From NCBI GenBank assembly GCA_050942955.1, contig JBMNOG010000004.1, forward strand, positions 4,431 to 68,430: a stretch of DNA of 64,000 bases, read 5' to 3'. Below are positions 48,235 through 59,072 of the stretch, in pieces. Position 1 is the stretch's first letter. Each line of letters begins with the position of its first letter. The notes below the pieces were generated by a model. The model was given only the letters and a program-made list of their open reading frames with translations, did no database searches and was not told where the DNA came from. Both the position numbers and the translations under genes were made by a program. The DNA is from Patescibacteria group bacterium (GTDB taxonomy: Bacteria > Patescibacteriota > Microgenomatia > UBA1400 > UBA1449).

Positions 48235-49602
48235 ATGGCTACCCATATGCAAGTCGATCCTTCAATCTTTAAATCCTATGATATTAGAGGTGTATACGAA
48301 GAGAATATTTCCGACAAAACAGCTAGTGCTATTGGTAAAGCCTTTGTTTCAGTAGTTAAACCTGAGAAAGTTGTGGTCGGCAGAGATGGAAGGGTTTCTG
48401 GACCAGCTTTACATAAGGAAATTGTTAAAAGTCTCACAGACATTGGCACAGATGTTATTGATATTGGCATGGTTTCTACAGATATGTACTACTACGCTTG
48501 CGCAGTAAAAGGGCTTTCCGGCATTATGATTACTGCCAGTCATAACCCCAAAGAGTACAACGGTTTTAAGATGGTGGAAAAAATCCCTTACTTTTTAACT
48601 GGAGATGAAGGGATTGCCCAAATCAGGAAGCTAATTGAGACTGATTCCCTCCCTCAACCTACAGCAAAAAAGGGGAAGGTTTCTCAGTGGAATGTAATGG
48701 ATGAGTTTATAAAAAAAATACTGTCTTTAGTTGATACAAAAACTATAAAACCGATGAAGGTGGTTGCAGATACAGGCAATGGTATGGTTGGCCCAATACT
48801 TGAAAAACTTACCAAGCATCTTCCGCAAATAACCATCGTCCCAATGTATTTTAAACCAGATGGTACTTTTCCAAACCATGGCGGTGACCCCTTACTTGAA
48901 GAAAACCGCAGAGAACTACAAAAGCGGGTGGTTTCCGAAAAAGCCGATTTGGGAGTTGCTTTTGATACCGATGGCGACCGCTTTTTTTCAATTGACAGTA
49001 AGGGTAGATTTGTTCCAGGAGACTTTCTAACAGCTATTCTTTCCCAATATTTTTTAATGGAAAATCCCGGTGCTGCAATAATCTATGACATTCGTGCCTC
49101 CTGGGTAGTACCTCACACTATTGAAGCTATGGGAGGTAAAGCTCTCTATAACCGTGTCGGCCATTCCTACATCAAAAAGCGGATGATAGAAGAAAACGGT
49201 TTGTTTGGAGGCGAAGTTAGTGGCCATTACTATTTTAAGGATTTCTTCCTTTGTGACACAGGAGTTGGTTCTATGCTCTACCTTATGGCATCACTCTCCC
49301 AGTCGGGCAAAGCCCTAACGCAAATCATGGATACGTATGAACAAACCTACTTCATTTCCGGAGAAATTAATAGCACGGTAGAGGATATCCCCGCTGTCCT
49401 AAATCGAATTGAAAAAAAATACGGACCCAACGCAGTAGAGGTTATAAAAATTGACGGCATAACCATCATTAACAAAGACTGGAAATTTAACGTCAGAGGT
49501 TCAAATACTGAACCTCTTATCAGACTTAATCTTGAAGCCACATCTAGAAAACTTATGGAAGAAAAACGCGATGAAGTCCTAGCAGCAATAAGAGGAAATT
49601 GA
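48235..49602 (+). CDS. phosphomannomutase/phosphoglucomutase (alpha-D-phosphohexomutase)
   Basis: Active-site loop TASHNPKEYNGFK. Metal-binding DTDGDR. Sugar-binding GEVSGH. Confidence 0.9.
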   Translation: MATHMQVDPSIFKSYDIRGVYEENISDKTASAIGKAFVSVVKPEKVVVGRDGRVSGPALHKEIVKSLTDIGTDVIDIGMVSTDMYYYACAVKGLSGIMITASHNPKEYNGFKMVEKIPYFLTGDEGIAQIRKLIETDSLPQPTAKKGKVSQWNVMDEFIKKILSLVDTKTIKPMKVVADTGNGMVGPILEKLTKHLPQITIVPMYFKPDGTFPNHGGDPLLEENRRELQKRVVSEKADLGVAFDTDGDRFFSIDSKGRFVPGDFLTAILSQYFLMENPGAAIIYDIRASWVVPHTIEAMGGKALYNRVGHSYIKKRMIEENGLFGGEVSGHYYFKDFFLCDTGVGSMLYLMASLSQSGKALTQIMDTYEQTYFISGEINSTVEDIPAVLNRIEKKYGPNAVEVIKIDGITIINKDWKFNVRGSNTEPLIRLNLEATSRKLMEEKRDEVLAAIRGN

Positions 49603-49619
49603 GGTTTTGATGTCATTGC

Positions 49620-50680
49620 AAAACTCAGGACAGCAGACGCTCGGGAACTCACTCGCAAAAGCGAGGAAAAAATCCCGAACGCCTGCTGCGTTCACTGCAC
49701 GCTAGCTCGCTAATAACACAGCGTTAGGCATTCTTCCTAGCCGAAGAAGACGTTTGCAGCGCTTGCAAACATTCGTCTTCCCAGCAGGAGAAGTACTGAC
49801 AGAGCCTATCGCCGGTTCACCACAGAAGTCGCATATGCGCTTCTGGCGCTTTCTGTTACTCATCGAAGTCTCCTTTGACGGGCATATTGGAGCTTCGTCT
49901 TGTTAGCACAGACCTGAGATCTAAAAATTCTCAAATACTTGGGCCTATGCTTTATCCGACAGCTTGCTTGAGATGGTTTGTCCACACCTCATCTCCTCGA
50001 GCCGTTCCGGCGGCCTTTGTTCCTCTGTCGCTTTCTGCGACACGAAGAACAGAGTCCATCTTTCCCTACAGGAAAGAGGCTGCGGCCACAGTCACGGCAG
50101 GATTTCGGTTGAGACTTCTTTGTCTCCTGCATGACACCCTCCTGTGGCAGTACAAAGTAAATGTGTCACTCTGGGGAGAGGGCGACTCCCCGCAGAGTTG
50201 GCAAGTGGAGAATCTCTCTTAGCATCTTTTCCCTCAATCTATAGGTTAGGCTTTCGCGGCAACCAATGCATCCTGGCGGCAACTAGCCTGGTTCTTCTGT
50301 GCACTCTTGATGCACTGCATGCAAACTATTGAATTCGGAGAGAACTGATTTGGGCACGACCCCTTACACCAATAAGGTCGCTTCACTTCCTTCGCCACTA
50401 CCGTCTTTTCCGTCACGTTATCCTCCAGTTAAGTGGGGATTGAAGTGCACCGATGCCGCTTCTCTGCTTTCGCCCTGTGACGCAGATGCCAAAATACAGG
50501 CAAACTTTGTCAAAGCAAAGATGCGGAGAGGCAAAGGACAATTAAAAGATATCCTCTCCCTTTCCGCAGCTTTGCAGGCAAAAGCAAAATAAATTGCAAT
50601 GACTTGTTAACGTGCAGTAAGGTACAAAAAGGTGCCAAAAAACAGGCTGCGCTTTAGCCTGGTTTTGTTTTCTATGTACA
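49620..50680 (+). ncRNA. candidate large structured non-coding RNA or long structured 3' UTR. Strand and exact ends are not established.
   Basis: ~1 kb with GC ~50-55% versus ~38% for the flanks. No credible ORF on either strand. Many strong local hairpins. Ends with an intrinsic terminator at 50636-50672. Confidence 0.3.
50636..50672 (+). terminator. intrinsic terminator, potentially bidirectional
   Basis: ccaaaaaacaggct-gcgcttt-agcctggttttgttttc (A-tract / stem / T-tract). Confidence 0.6.
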
Positions 50681-50877
50681 ACAAAATCCGCCTGTTTTTC
50701 CAAGCGAATTAAGCAATTACATTATAAAATACTTTTTTTCTCGAGGAAATATTCAGTTTATACTTTTATAACAACAATATTAATGAAATATGTTCCAATA
50801 CGTGCTTTCTACTTGCAGGAAAACCTTGGTTTAGCGTAATATAAATTAAGCCCTTTTAGTAGCCCAAAATCTGCCCT

Positions 50878-53202
50878 ATGTCATACACCTTACCCCTTCA
50901 TACCATCACCAAGGAAGATACCCATCTCATCGGGACAAAAGCGGCCAGTTTGGGTGAACTTATTCGTTTCCACGTTAATGTTCCTGAAGGTTTTGTGGTA
51001 ACCACACAAGCGATGGAGTTCTTCCTCAAAGAAAATAATCTTAAAGAAAAAGTAGAACAGGAATTGACACTTCTTGACAGAGACAACCCCGAAAGTTTGA
51101 AAAAGACCAGCTACAGAATAAAGCAGATCGTTCTCTCTACTCCTTTCCCAAAGGAACTAATTAATGAGATTTTTGACGCGTACGAAGATTTAGGAGGAGT
51201 TATTGCTAATCCTGAAGTAGCTATCCGCACCTCACTCACCACAGATACGCCTTCAAGTGGCGAGCACTCTCTGTTTTTAAATATTAAAGGCGAGGCTACT
51301 GTAGGCCAACTAGTAAAAGAAGTCTGGGCTTCACAGTTTAATCCTTACAGATTGCAAAAACTGGAAGATCTGTTTAATCAACATATTGCTGTTGTAGTCC
51401 AGAAAATGCTCACTGCTGAGACCTCCGGATTTATTCATACTTTAGATAGTAGATCAAACAATAAACGCGTATTTGTTATTGAAGCTATCTGGGGAACCGG
51501 AGAGTATCTTGTTCAGCATAAAGTCGAACCTGACCGCTACACCGTCAACAAAGATACTCTGGAAATTGTTACAAAGAACATAAAAGCACAGGAAATACAG
51601 CTTATAAAAACCGGTGAGGCTATCAAGGAAAAATATGTTCCTTCAGCTAAGCAGGAACAGCAAAAATTAACTGATGGAAAGATAAAAGAGCTGGCTGAGA
51701 TCGGAAAGAAACTCCAAAAACTTCATTTTTACCCTCAGACAGCTGAATGGGTAGTTGCAAAAAACAAGATTTATATTGTTCAGCTTCAACAGCTTCTTGA
51801 AACAGATAGTAAGGATACTATCCTGGTTAAAAATGAACCCCCGGCTTTAGTACAGCCTACATCGTACAGCTTACCCGTTCTTCTGGAAGGCGTGGGAGTT
51901 AGTCCGGGTGTAGTTTCTGGTACCGTTCAACTTATCGATAACCCTCAGGACATAAATCTTGTTGATAGCAAAGACATTGTAGTTATTAAAGAACTAACAC
52001 CTGAATTTTTCCCTATCGTAAGACAAAGTAAGGGCCTTATTACTGAAAAAGATAGTATCGGTTCACCGGCCGCACTTCTTGCCAGAGAATTGGGTATTGC
52101 CGCCATTGTCGGAGTTGATAATGCCACAACAACCCTAAAACCTAACCAACTGATTACTATCGATGGCGAAGGCGGATTTATCTACGAAGGTAAACCCAAC
52201 CTTTCAAGCAAACATATTTCCTACTCTCGTGATGAGTTTAAGGCTTCAACCCCACAGGTTCCGCAGCCTTCTCACCCGCCTGCAAGAAAAGGAAACATTA
52301 AGAAACCTCGTCTGAAAACCGCAGCCCGCATTTTGGTTGATTTACCTTCTGGGGGAGATCCAAAATCGATTAAAGATGTTCCGGCTGATGGTGTTGCCCT
52401 AATTCGGGGAGAGTATGTTTTTTCCCAACTTGGTATCCATCCCAAAAAGCTTGTTGCCGACGGTAAAACTAGCACAGTTGTTTCTGCACTAAGAACTACT
52501 CTTGAGGATATTATCAGGGTTTTCCCAAAAAATGATGTCTATTATCGTTTTTCTGATATGCAGAACACACACTTTACAAAAACTGCAGGTGGCAAAGACT
52601 ATGAGATAGACGAAGCTAATTCCTTACTTGGTTTTAGGGGTAGTTTCCGACATCTTTATCACAAGGAAATACTTGAGGCTGAGATTGAGGCTGTCAAGAA
52701 AGTCAGAGAAAACTTCACAAACCTCCATGTCGTAATTCCATTAGTTAGGTCATTGAAAGAATTTGAAGAAATTAAAGCGTTTCTTGCAGACCATGGTCTC
52801 AAGTCTACATCCACTCTTGAAGTCTGGTTATGCGCCTCTACTCCGGCTAACTTAATTCTAACTCCTCAGCTCACAAACCTTGGAGTTGACGGATTTATGG
52901 TTGATCTTAATGAATTGGCATGCCTTACTTTAGGGGTAGATTCAGGTAATACTGAAGTTCTTCCTTTATTTAACGAAATTGATCAGTCTGTTATTTGGCT
53001 TCTTGAGCATTCTGTGCGCTACAACCAACGTCAGGAAAAACCTACGGTAATCTGTGGCAAGGCTTGCGGCCAATACCCTCATTTTGTTGATAAAATGGTC
53101 AAAGCCGGGGCTTGGGGTTTTGCTGTTCCACCTGATTTAGTCGAAGCCGCCAGAAGATATACCGCTTCTGCTGAGTTAAAATTGCTTGACATAACCGGTT
53201 AA
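50878..53202 (+). CDS. PEP-utilizing enzyme (PEP synthase / pyruvate,water dikinase family) with His-to-Pro at the expected phospho-histidine position
   Basis: N-terminal ATP-grasp-like PPDK_N domain. Central mobile domain DSIGSPAALLARELGIAAIVG (canonical GGRTSHAAIIARELGIP). C-terminal PEP-binding TIM barrel with VICGKACGQ. Confidence 0.8.
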   Translation: MSYTLPLHTITKEDTHLIGTKAASLGELIRFHVNVPEGFVVTTQAMEFFLKENNLKEKVEQELTLLDRDNPESLKKTSYRIKQIVLSTPFPKELINEIFDAYEDLGGVIANPEVAIRTSLTTDTPSSGEHSLFLNIKGEATVGQLVKEVWASQFNPYRLQKLEDLFNQHIAVVVQKMLTAETSGFIHTLDSRSNNKRVFVIEAIWGTGEYLVQHKVEPDRYTVNKDTLEIVTKNIKAQEIQLIKTGEAIKEKYVPSAKQEQQKLTDGKIKELAEIGKKLQKLHFYPQTAEWVVAKNKIYIVQLQQLLETDSKDTILVKNEPPALVQPTSYSLPVLLEGVGVSPGVVSGTVQLIDNPQDINLVDSKDIVVIKELTPEFFPIVRQSKGLITEKDSIGSPAALLARELGIAAIVGVDNATTTLKPNQLITIDGEGGFIYEGKPNLSSKHISYSRDEFKASTPQVPQPSHPPARKGNIKKPRLKTAARILVDLPSGGDPKSIKDVPADGVALIRGEYVFSQLGIHPKKLVADGKTSTVVSALRTTLEDIIRVFPKNDVYYRFSDMQNTHFTKTAGGKDYEIDEANSLLGFRGSFRHLYHKEILEAEIEAVKKVRENFTNLHVVIPLVRSLKEFEEIKAFLADHGLKSTSTLEVWLCASTPANLILTPQLTNLGVDGFMVDLNELACLTLGVDSGNTEVLPLFNEIDQSVIWLLEHSVRYNQRQEKPTVICGKACGQYPHFVDKMVKAGAWGFAVPPDLVEAARRYTASAELKLLDITG

Positions 53203-53334
53203 GCACCTATTTTGTTAAGCTCCTCTTGGCAAAATTTATCTCAGGTGTAAAATTGACAGTGAAACTGCTTTGTGCGTATTTGGTAAGTAATTTTATTAAA
53301 CTTGGAACAAAAGCTTTTTGTTTCATTTATGCGT

Positions 53335-54591
53335 ATGAAAATCTCCCAAATTTTTGCAAGAGAAATTCTCGACTCCCGCGGTTATCCTACGGTTGAGACG
53401 GTAGTAGGGCTGGAAAACGGCATGTACGCAGTATCATCTGTTCCATCGGGTGCCTCAACCGGCACCCATGAAGCTGTGGAACTGCGCGACAACGACCCTC
53501 AGCGCTTTATGGGAAAAGGCGTGCTTCAGGCTGTAGCCAACGTCAACACTGTTATTGCGCCGGTTCTCATCGGAGCTGACGTAACCGAACAGGAAATTCT
53601 TGATAAAAAGATGCTCGAGCTTGACGGTACAGTCAATAAAGGCAGGCTTGGAGCTAACGCTATTCTTTCTATTTCTGAGGCGTTGCTAAAACTAGCTGCT
53701 CAGGCTTCAGGAAAAGCTTTGTACCAATATGTCTACGAAATGTACGGGCTAACCAAAAAGTTTGTCATGCCCCAACCTACACTAAACGTCATTAATGGCG
53801 GTAAACACGGTAACGGTAAACTTGAATTTCAGGAGTTTCATATCCTACCACACACGCAGCAAACATTTGTGGAAATGATGCGTATGGGGACTGAAGTGTA
53901 CCTGAATCTTCAGAAACTCATGAAGGAAAACGGCATCTTCCAAGGTGTTGGCGACGAAGGCGGCTTTACCGGCAATTTCAGAAGCAATAAAGAGGGTTTA
54001 GATTACCTGGAAATGGCTATTGAAAAAACTGGCTATGAACTGAATAAAGATGTTAAGGTAGGCTTAGACTCTGCCGCTACCGAGTTTTACGGTGAAGACG
54101 GCAAGTATCATATTAGCGACAAATCCTTCCCCTTAACCCGCGAGGATATGATTGCTTACTACCAGGAATTGTCTGAGAAGTTCAACTTTGGCTATCTTGA
54201 AGACGGTCTGGCAGAAGATGACTGGGAAGGCTGGCAGAAACTGACTAAAGCATTTTCCGGCACTCAAACAGCTATCATTGGTGATGATCTGCTTACCACT
54301 AATCCAAGTCGTGTTGAGAAAGCTATTGAGCTAAAAGCCTGCAATGCAGTCTTGGTTAAACCTAACCAGATCGGCTCAGTTACCGAGGTAATCGATGTGG
54401 TTACCAAAGCCAAGAAAGCCGGCTGGAAGATAGTCCTGTCTCATAGAAGTGGTGAAACCAATGACACTTTTGTTTCTGATTTTGCTGTCGGAGTCGGAGC
54501 TGATATTGTGAAGTTCGGGGCTCCGGCTAGAGGTGAGAGAATTGCCAAGTATAACAGGTTAATGGAGATTGAGCAGGAGCTGAAGAAGTAA
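53335..54591 (+). CDS. eno: enolase (phosphopyruvate hydratase)
   Basis: MKISQIFAREILDSRGYPTVE..., SHRSGETNDTF and other enolase signatures. Confidence 0.95.
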   Translation: MKISQIFAREILDSRGYPTVETVVGLENGMYAVSSVPSGASTGTHEAVELRDNDPQRFMGKGVLQAVANVNTVIAPVLIGADVTEQEILDKKMLELDGTVNKGRLGANAILSISEALLKLAAQASGKALYQYVYEMYGLTKKFVMPQPTLNVINGGKHGNGKLEFQEFHILPHTQQTFVEMMRMGTEVYLNLQKLMKENGIFQGVGDEGGFTGNFRSNKEGLDYLEMAIEKTGYELNKDVKVGLDSAATEFYGEDGKYHISDKSFPLTREDMIAYYQELSEKFNFGYLEDGLAEDDWEGWQKLTKAFSGTQTAIIGDDLLTTNPSRVEKAIELKACNAVLVKPNQIGSVTEVIDVVTKAKKAGWKIVLSHRSGETNDTFVSDFAVGVGADIVKFGAPARGERIAKYNRLMEIEQELKK

Positions 54592-54621
54592 ACATACCCT
54601 TACCTTCTAAAGATATACATG

Positions 54622-54652
54622 AAACAGGGGCGTAACAGCCCCTGTTTTTTTT
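54622..54652 (+). terminator. intrinsic terminator shared by convergent eno and uvrA
   Basis: aaacaggggc-gtaaca-gcccctgtttttttt. Confidence 0.7.
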
Positions 54653-54671
54653 ACAGCTTAAACTAGGAAAT

Positions 54672-57591
54672 CTACAATACGTCTTTCAAAAACTTCCCTG
54701 TCCAGGAGTGTCCTGCTTTGGCAATATCTTCAGGCGTGCCCTCAGCAATAATTTCTCCACCCTCATCTCCACCTTCTGGTCCCATATCAATGATCCAGTC
54801 GGCATTTTTAACAAGATCCAGATTATGCTCAATAACAATAATGGTATTACCCTTTTCAACCAGTTTTTTAAGGACAATTAAAAGTTTTTCGAGATCAGCA
54901 AAGTGGAGTCCGGTTGTGGGCTCGTCAAGCAAATAGACTGTCTGGGTACTGCTGGTTTTAGACAGTTCTGCCGCTAGTTTAATACGCTGGGCTTCTCCTC
55001 CGGAGAGAGTTGGTGCCGGCTGGCCGAGCTTGATGTACCCCAAGCCTACATCGTAAAGTGTCTGAAGTTTGCCATGAATAGCGCTGTGGTTTTTGAAAAA
55101 CTCTAGAGCTTCCTCAACCGTCATTCCCAAAACGTCAGCAATATTCTTACCCTTGTAATGAACCTGAAGAGTTTCGTAGTTGTAGCGAAGACCTCCACAG
55201 ACCTCACAGTCGACATAAACGTCAGGTAAAAACTGCATCTCAATTTTTATCTGCCCTTCTCCCTGGCACGCTTCACATCTACCACCCCTGACGTTAAACG
55301 AGAACCTGCCTGGCTTATAGCCACGCATTTTCGCTTCTGCAGTTTGGGAGAACAAAAACCTGATGTGGTCAAACGCTTTGGTATAGGTAGCCGGATTCGA
55401 GCGGGGAGTTCGGCCAATGGGTGATTGGTCGATTAGAGCTACTCGTTTAACATTTTCAATACCCTTCAAATCTTTGTAGTTGCCACCTACCTCTTTATGC
55501 CTGAAGTTAAGCTGAGAAGCCAAAGCATGGTAGAGAGTATCGTCAATGAGAGTGGATTTGCCTGAGCCCGAAACTCCGGTAATAACAATGAATTTGTTAA
55601 GAGGAAACTTGACTGAGATATTCTTGAGGTTATTTTCTTTGCAACCCACAATTTCCAAGGCATTGTCTACTTCCCCGTTTTTATGACCGGTAACTCTGAT
55701 CTTCTTCTCCCCAGAAAGGTACTTGCCAGTCAAAGAATTAGTGTTTTTTGAAACTTCCTCAGGAGTACCAAAGGCAACTACTTTTCCTCCAGCCTCTCCG
55801 GCCAGAGGCCCAAAGTCAATAAGCCAATCAGCTTCTTTCATTGTCTCCATGTCATGCTCAACAACTATAACAGTGTTGCCAAGTTCCCGCAGATGCTTGA
55901 GAGTTTCAATAAGCTTCTTGTTATCTCTTTGGTGGAGTCCGATGGAGGGTTCATCCAATACATATAAAACCCCCGACAGACCGGAACCAATCTGGGAAGC
56001 TAACCGAATTCTCTGAGCTTCACCGCCAGCTAACGTTCCGGCTGAACGGGCTAAGTTAAGGTAATCCAAACCGACTGACACCAAAAAACCTAGCCTTGAT
56101 TCAAGTTCTTTCAGAATAGGTGCGGCAATCACAGTTTCTTTCTGGGATAAAACCGGAGACTTCAAGCTCTTGACCCAAGCTAAACTTTCTTTGATCGGCA
56201 TCTCAGCCACTTCCACGATACTCTTTTTGTCAATAACCACTGCTAAAGCTTCAGGCTTTAGCCTTGAGCCCAAACAGTCCGGACAGGTTTCTTTGCGCAT
56301 AAAGCGCTCAATCTCGCTACGCATAAAATCTGACTTAGTTTCTCTGTGCCTTCTCTCGAGGTTGGGGATCACTCCTTCAAACCTATAGTCCACAGTGTAG
56401 TGCCTGCCCTGGGCATTCGTTCCCGAAACTTCATAGAGCTCGTTGCCTGTACCATACATAATGAGGTTTAGGTCTTCTTCTTTCATTTCTCCAATTGGAG
56501 TTCTTAGAGAAAACCCTTTTTTCTTAGCAACCGCCGACATGATGTTGAAAAACCAGGAACTATTCTCGACAGCCCTATTGAAGGGTAAAATACCCCCTTC
56601 AGTAATACTGAGCTTAGGGTTAATAACAAGGTTTTTGTCAATTTTAAGAAGTGTACCGATACCACTGCAAGTTTCACAAGCTCCGTGAGGGGTATTGAAA
56701 GAAAATATTCTCGGCTCAATCTCAGGAAGAGTTAAGTTACAGTTAGGACAGGCAAACCTCTCGGAAAAGAGGTGGTCTTCAAACTTCTTGGGTTTGTCAG
56801 GAAAGCTAAAACTCTCATCACCAATAAAACTAGCAACAGTGAGCCCATCCGAAAGTTTTAAGGCAGTTTCCAGTGATTCAACCAAGCGGGTTCTCAATTC
56901 CTGAGGATTTTTGAGTTCATCAGGGGCAATCATAACCCGGTCAACCACAGCTTCAATAGTGTGCTTATTATTCTTCAAGAGGCTTATATCCTCATCCAAA
57001 TTAATCACATGACCATCTATCCTCACCCGCTGGTAGCCTTTTTGTTTAAGCGAGTCCAGTAAACTCTGGAACTCGCCTTTTCTACCTCTTACCACCGGGG
57101 AAAGGATCATGAGTCTTATCCTCGCTTTTTTAACCAGCGGATCAGCTGCCTTTTGTTTAGCCAGCTCAAGGACTTGATTATAGATCTGATCTACCGACTG
57201 TTGGGCAATCTCAATGCCGCAGTTAGGACAATGAGGGTGGCCGATTCGGGCAAATAGAAGCCGTAAGTAGTCATAAATTTCCGTAATAGTTCCAACTGTT
57301 GATCTGGGATTGTGGGAAACGGTTTTCTGGTCAATGGAAATAGCGGGCGAAAGACCTTCAATAAGTTCCACATCCGGCTTCTTCATTACGCCCAAAAATT
57401 GCCTGGCATATGAAGACAAACTTTCTACATACCGTCTCTGACCCTCAGCATAGAGCGTATCAAAGGCAAACGAGCTTTTGCCGCTTCCTGAAAGTCCGGT
57501 TAAAACCACCAGTTTGTTCTTAGGGATTGTTACATCAATACCTTTTAGATTATGTTCTTTTGCACCCTTAACTGTAATTTGGTCTTGTGCC
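54672..57591 (-). CDS. uvrA: excinuclease ABC subunit A
   Basis: Two ABC ATPase modules (GLSGSGKSS, GVSGSGKST) and zinc-finger Cys clusters. AAGGAG SD upstream of MAQDQITVKG (the track ORF starts earlier at an alternative codon). Confidence 0.95.
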
Positions 57592-57839
57592 ATAAGTCTC
57601 CTTTTGTGATTCGAGCCACATATTGTAGCTGAAATATAAGGAAAATGGAAGCGTATTAAACAGGAAAAAGACTTGGGCAACCAAGAAGTAAGTACAGCAA
57701 ATAATAATTTTAAAAAACAGTGCGAATACTGCAAGATTATTTTTGGTTCTTACTGTGGTTGCTGCTATCCTGTTTGGAAGGCAGGGTGGCCTGTCAAAGC
57801 ATGCCAGGCCACCCCCCGGCACTAGAAGAGAGATTGCTG

Positions 57840-58046
57840 CTAGCCAGCAGCTTCCGGTTGTTGTTCTCTCTCTTTAATACGCCTGATCTTGCGGCGCAGC
57901 TCGTGTTGCTGCGACCGCAGCCCGTTGATTTCCTCCTGAATCCCAAGTTGTTGGATAGTTGATTTACCATCCATTGACTGGGAGAGGCTGTCAATTTGCC
58001 TCTCAAGTTTTGAGACCAGTTTCACGAACTCTTGCTTCCGGCTCAT
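57840..58046 (-). CDS. small coiled-coil protein (68 aa), hypothetical
   Basis: GGAGGG SD 5 nt upstream of MSRKQEF... Heptad-like Leu/Gln/Glu/Arg pattern. Lies in a GC-rich patch. Confidence 0.4.
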   Translation of the reverse strand: MSRKQEFVKLVSKLERQIDSLSQSMDGKSTIQQLGIQEEINGLRSQQHELRRKIRRIKEREQQPEAAG

Positions 58047-58271
58047 TTCAGCCCTCCATAAAACTGTTAGAATAGCTTCCACGTCTTCAGCTTTAAAAGC
58101 TGTGCTGGGATTATACAAAAGTATAGTACTAATGTAAATATTATGGGATAAATAGGAGGAGAATAATAGAGGAAACTGCTGGAAGGGGTGCTTGCTTGCG
58201 CTTTAGAAACGTCGCATTGACGTTTAAGCGGTGGGCAAGACTCCCCTTCCAGCCGGATCTTCCAGCAAACA

Positions 58272-58679
58272 CTAAGCTACCGAGAAACCCAAACCGGATG
58301 CTTCTTTGAGGTAGCTATCAATTCGACACTTGACCTGTCCAGACATGAGTGATAACGAGGACACCGTGTCGCCATAGTACACAAGAGCTGCCGCAACAAC
58401 CATACTCGGGGTTTCTGGATCAACGACCCGGAGGAGAAATGCCCCACCTCGCTGGACAGAGTTGACAAAATGAAACCTTAGAGCCGGATCAAGCCCGTTT
58501 TGGTTTGCGGCAATGATGCCATTTGCCTCAAGCTCGATTCTCAGACCCGTACGATCGGTCTTGTAGACAACAGTGCACCTGTCCCCAGGCTTTGCCAGAA
58601 GAGCGAAAAGGTCAATATTTTTGCTATTTTTGACAATAACCGGTACGGCACGCCCACATGCATGGACCTCAAAGCTCAT
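58272..58679 (-). CDS. hypothetical protein (135 aa) in GC-rich insert
   Basis: Clean ORF, GC ~50%. No motif recognised. Confidence 0.45.
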   Translation of the reverse strand: MSFEVHACGRAVPVIVKNSKNIDLFALLAKPGDRCTVVYKTDRTGLRIELEANGIIAANQNGLDPALRFHFVNSVQRGGAFLLRVVDPETPSMVVAAALVYYGDTVSSLSLMSGQVKCRIDSYLKEASGLGFSVA

Positions 58680-58715
58680 GATGCTCCTTTAAGCTCTAAC
58701 ATGCTTGGACGACTA

Positions 58716-59072
58716 CTAGATTGCGATTTGAGTCGTTGCCACCTCCGTGAGAACGTTGAGAGAAATCCTATTCAGGATTTCAGGCCAGCGGGATGGATAC
58801 TCTTGTCCACCTTCCCTAAGATGATGAACTAAATATTGCGCATCCGTTAGGCTCCCAAGCCAAGCAAGACGTTGATCGCATCTGGTAATGAGTTTTTCAA
58901 TCGCCAGAGGCAAATCCTCCAATGATTGGAGAATGACCGGGGCAATACCCATTTCAGGGTCATGGAGAACTCTCTCTAGCTCCAGAATGGTTTCCGGGCT
59001 GAAGAGGATCTCCTGCAGGAGTTGCCGCATGTTCTCCAAGCCCTCAATCTCGTGTTCCCGGCAGGATAACAT
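58716..59072 (-). CDS. hypothetical protein (118 aa) in GC-rich insert
   Basis: Clean ORF upstream of and co-oriented with 58272..58679. No motif recognised. Confidence 0.45.
   Translation of the reverse strand: MLSCREHEIEGLENMRQLLQEILFSPETILELERVLHDPEMGIAPVILQSLEDLPLAIEKLITRCDQRLAWLGSLTDAQYLVHHLREGGQEYPSRWPEILNRISLNVLTEVATTQIAI

Noticed and set aside
49762-49800. Strong hairpin right after manB as its terminator
   Set aside because: It is a long perfect stem but is not followed by a T-tract. It may be an RNA structural element of the GC-rich region rather than a terminator, so it is not listed as one.
49875-50592. Three overlapping plus-strand ORFs of 62-115 aa inside the GC-rich region
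   Set aside because: The translations are low-complexity (Ser/Arg/Leu-rich nonsense). There are no RBSs, they overlap in different frames, and the region is better explained as structured non-coding sequence.
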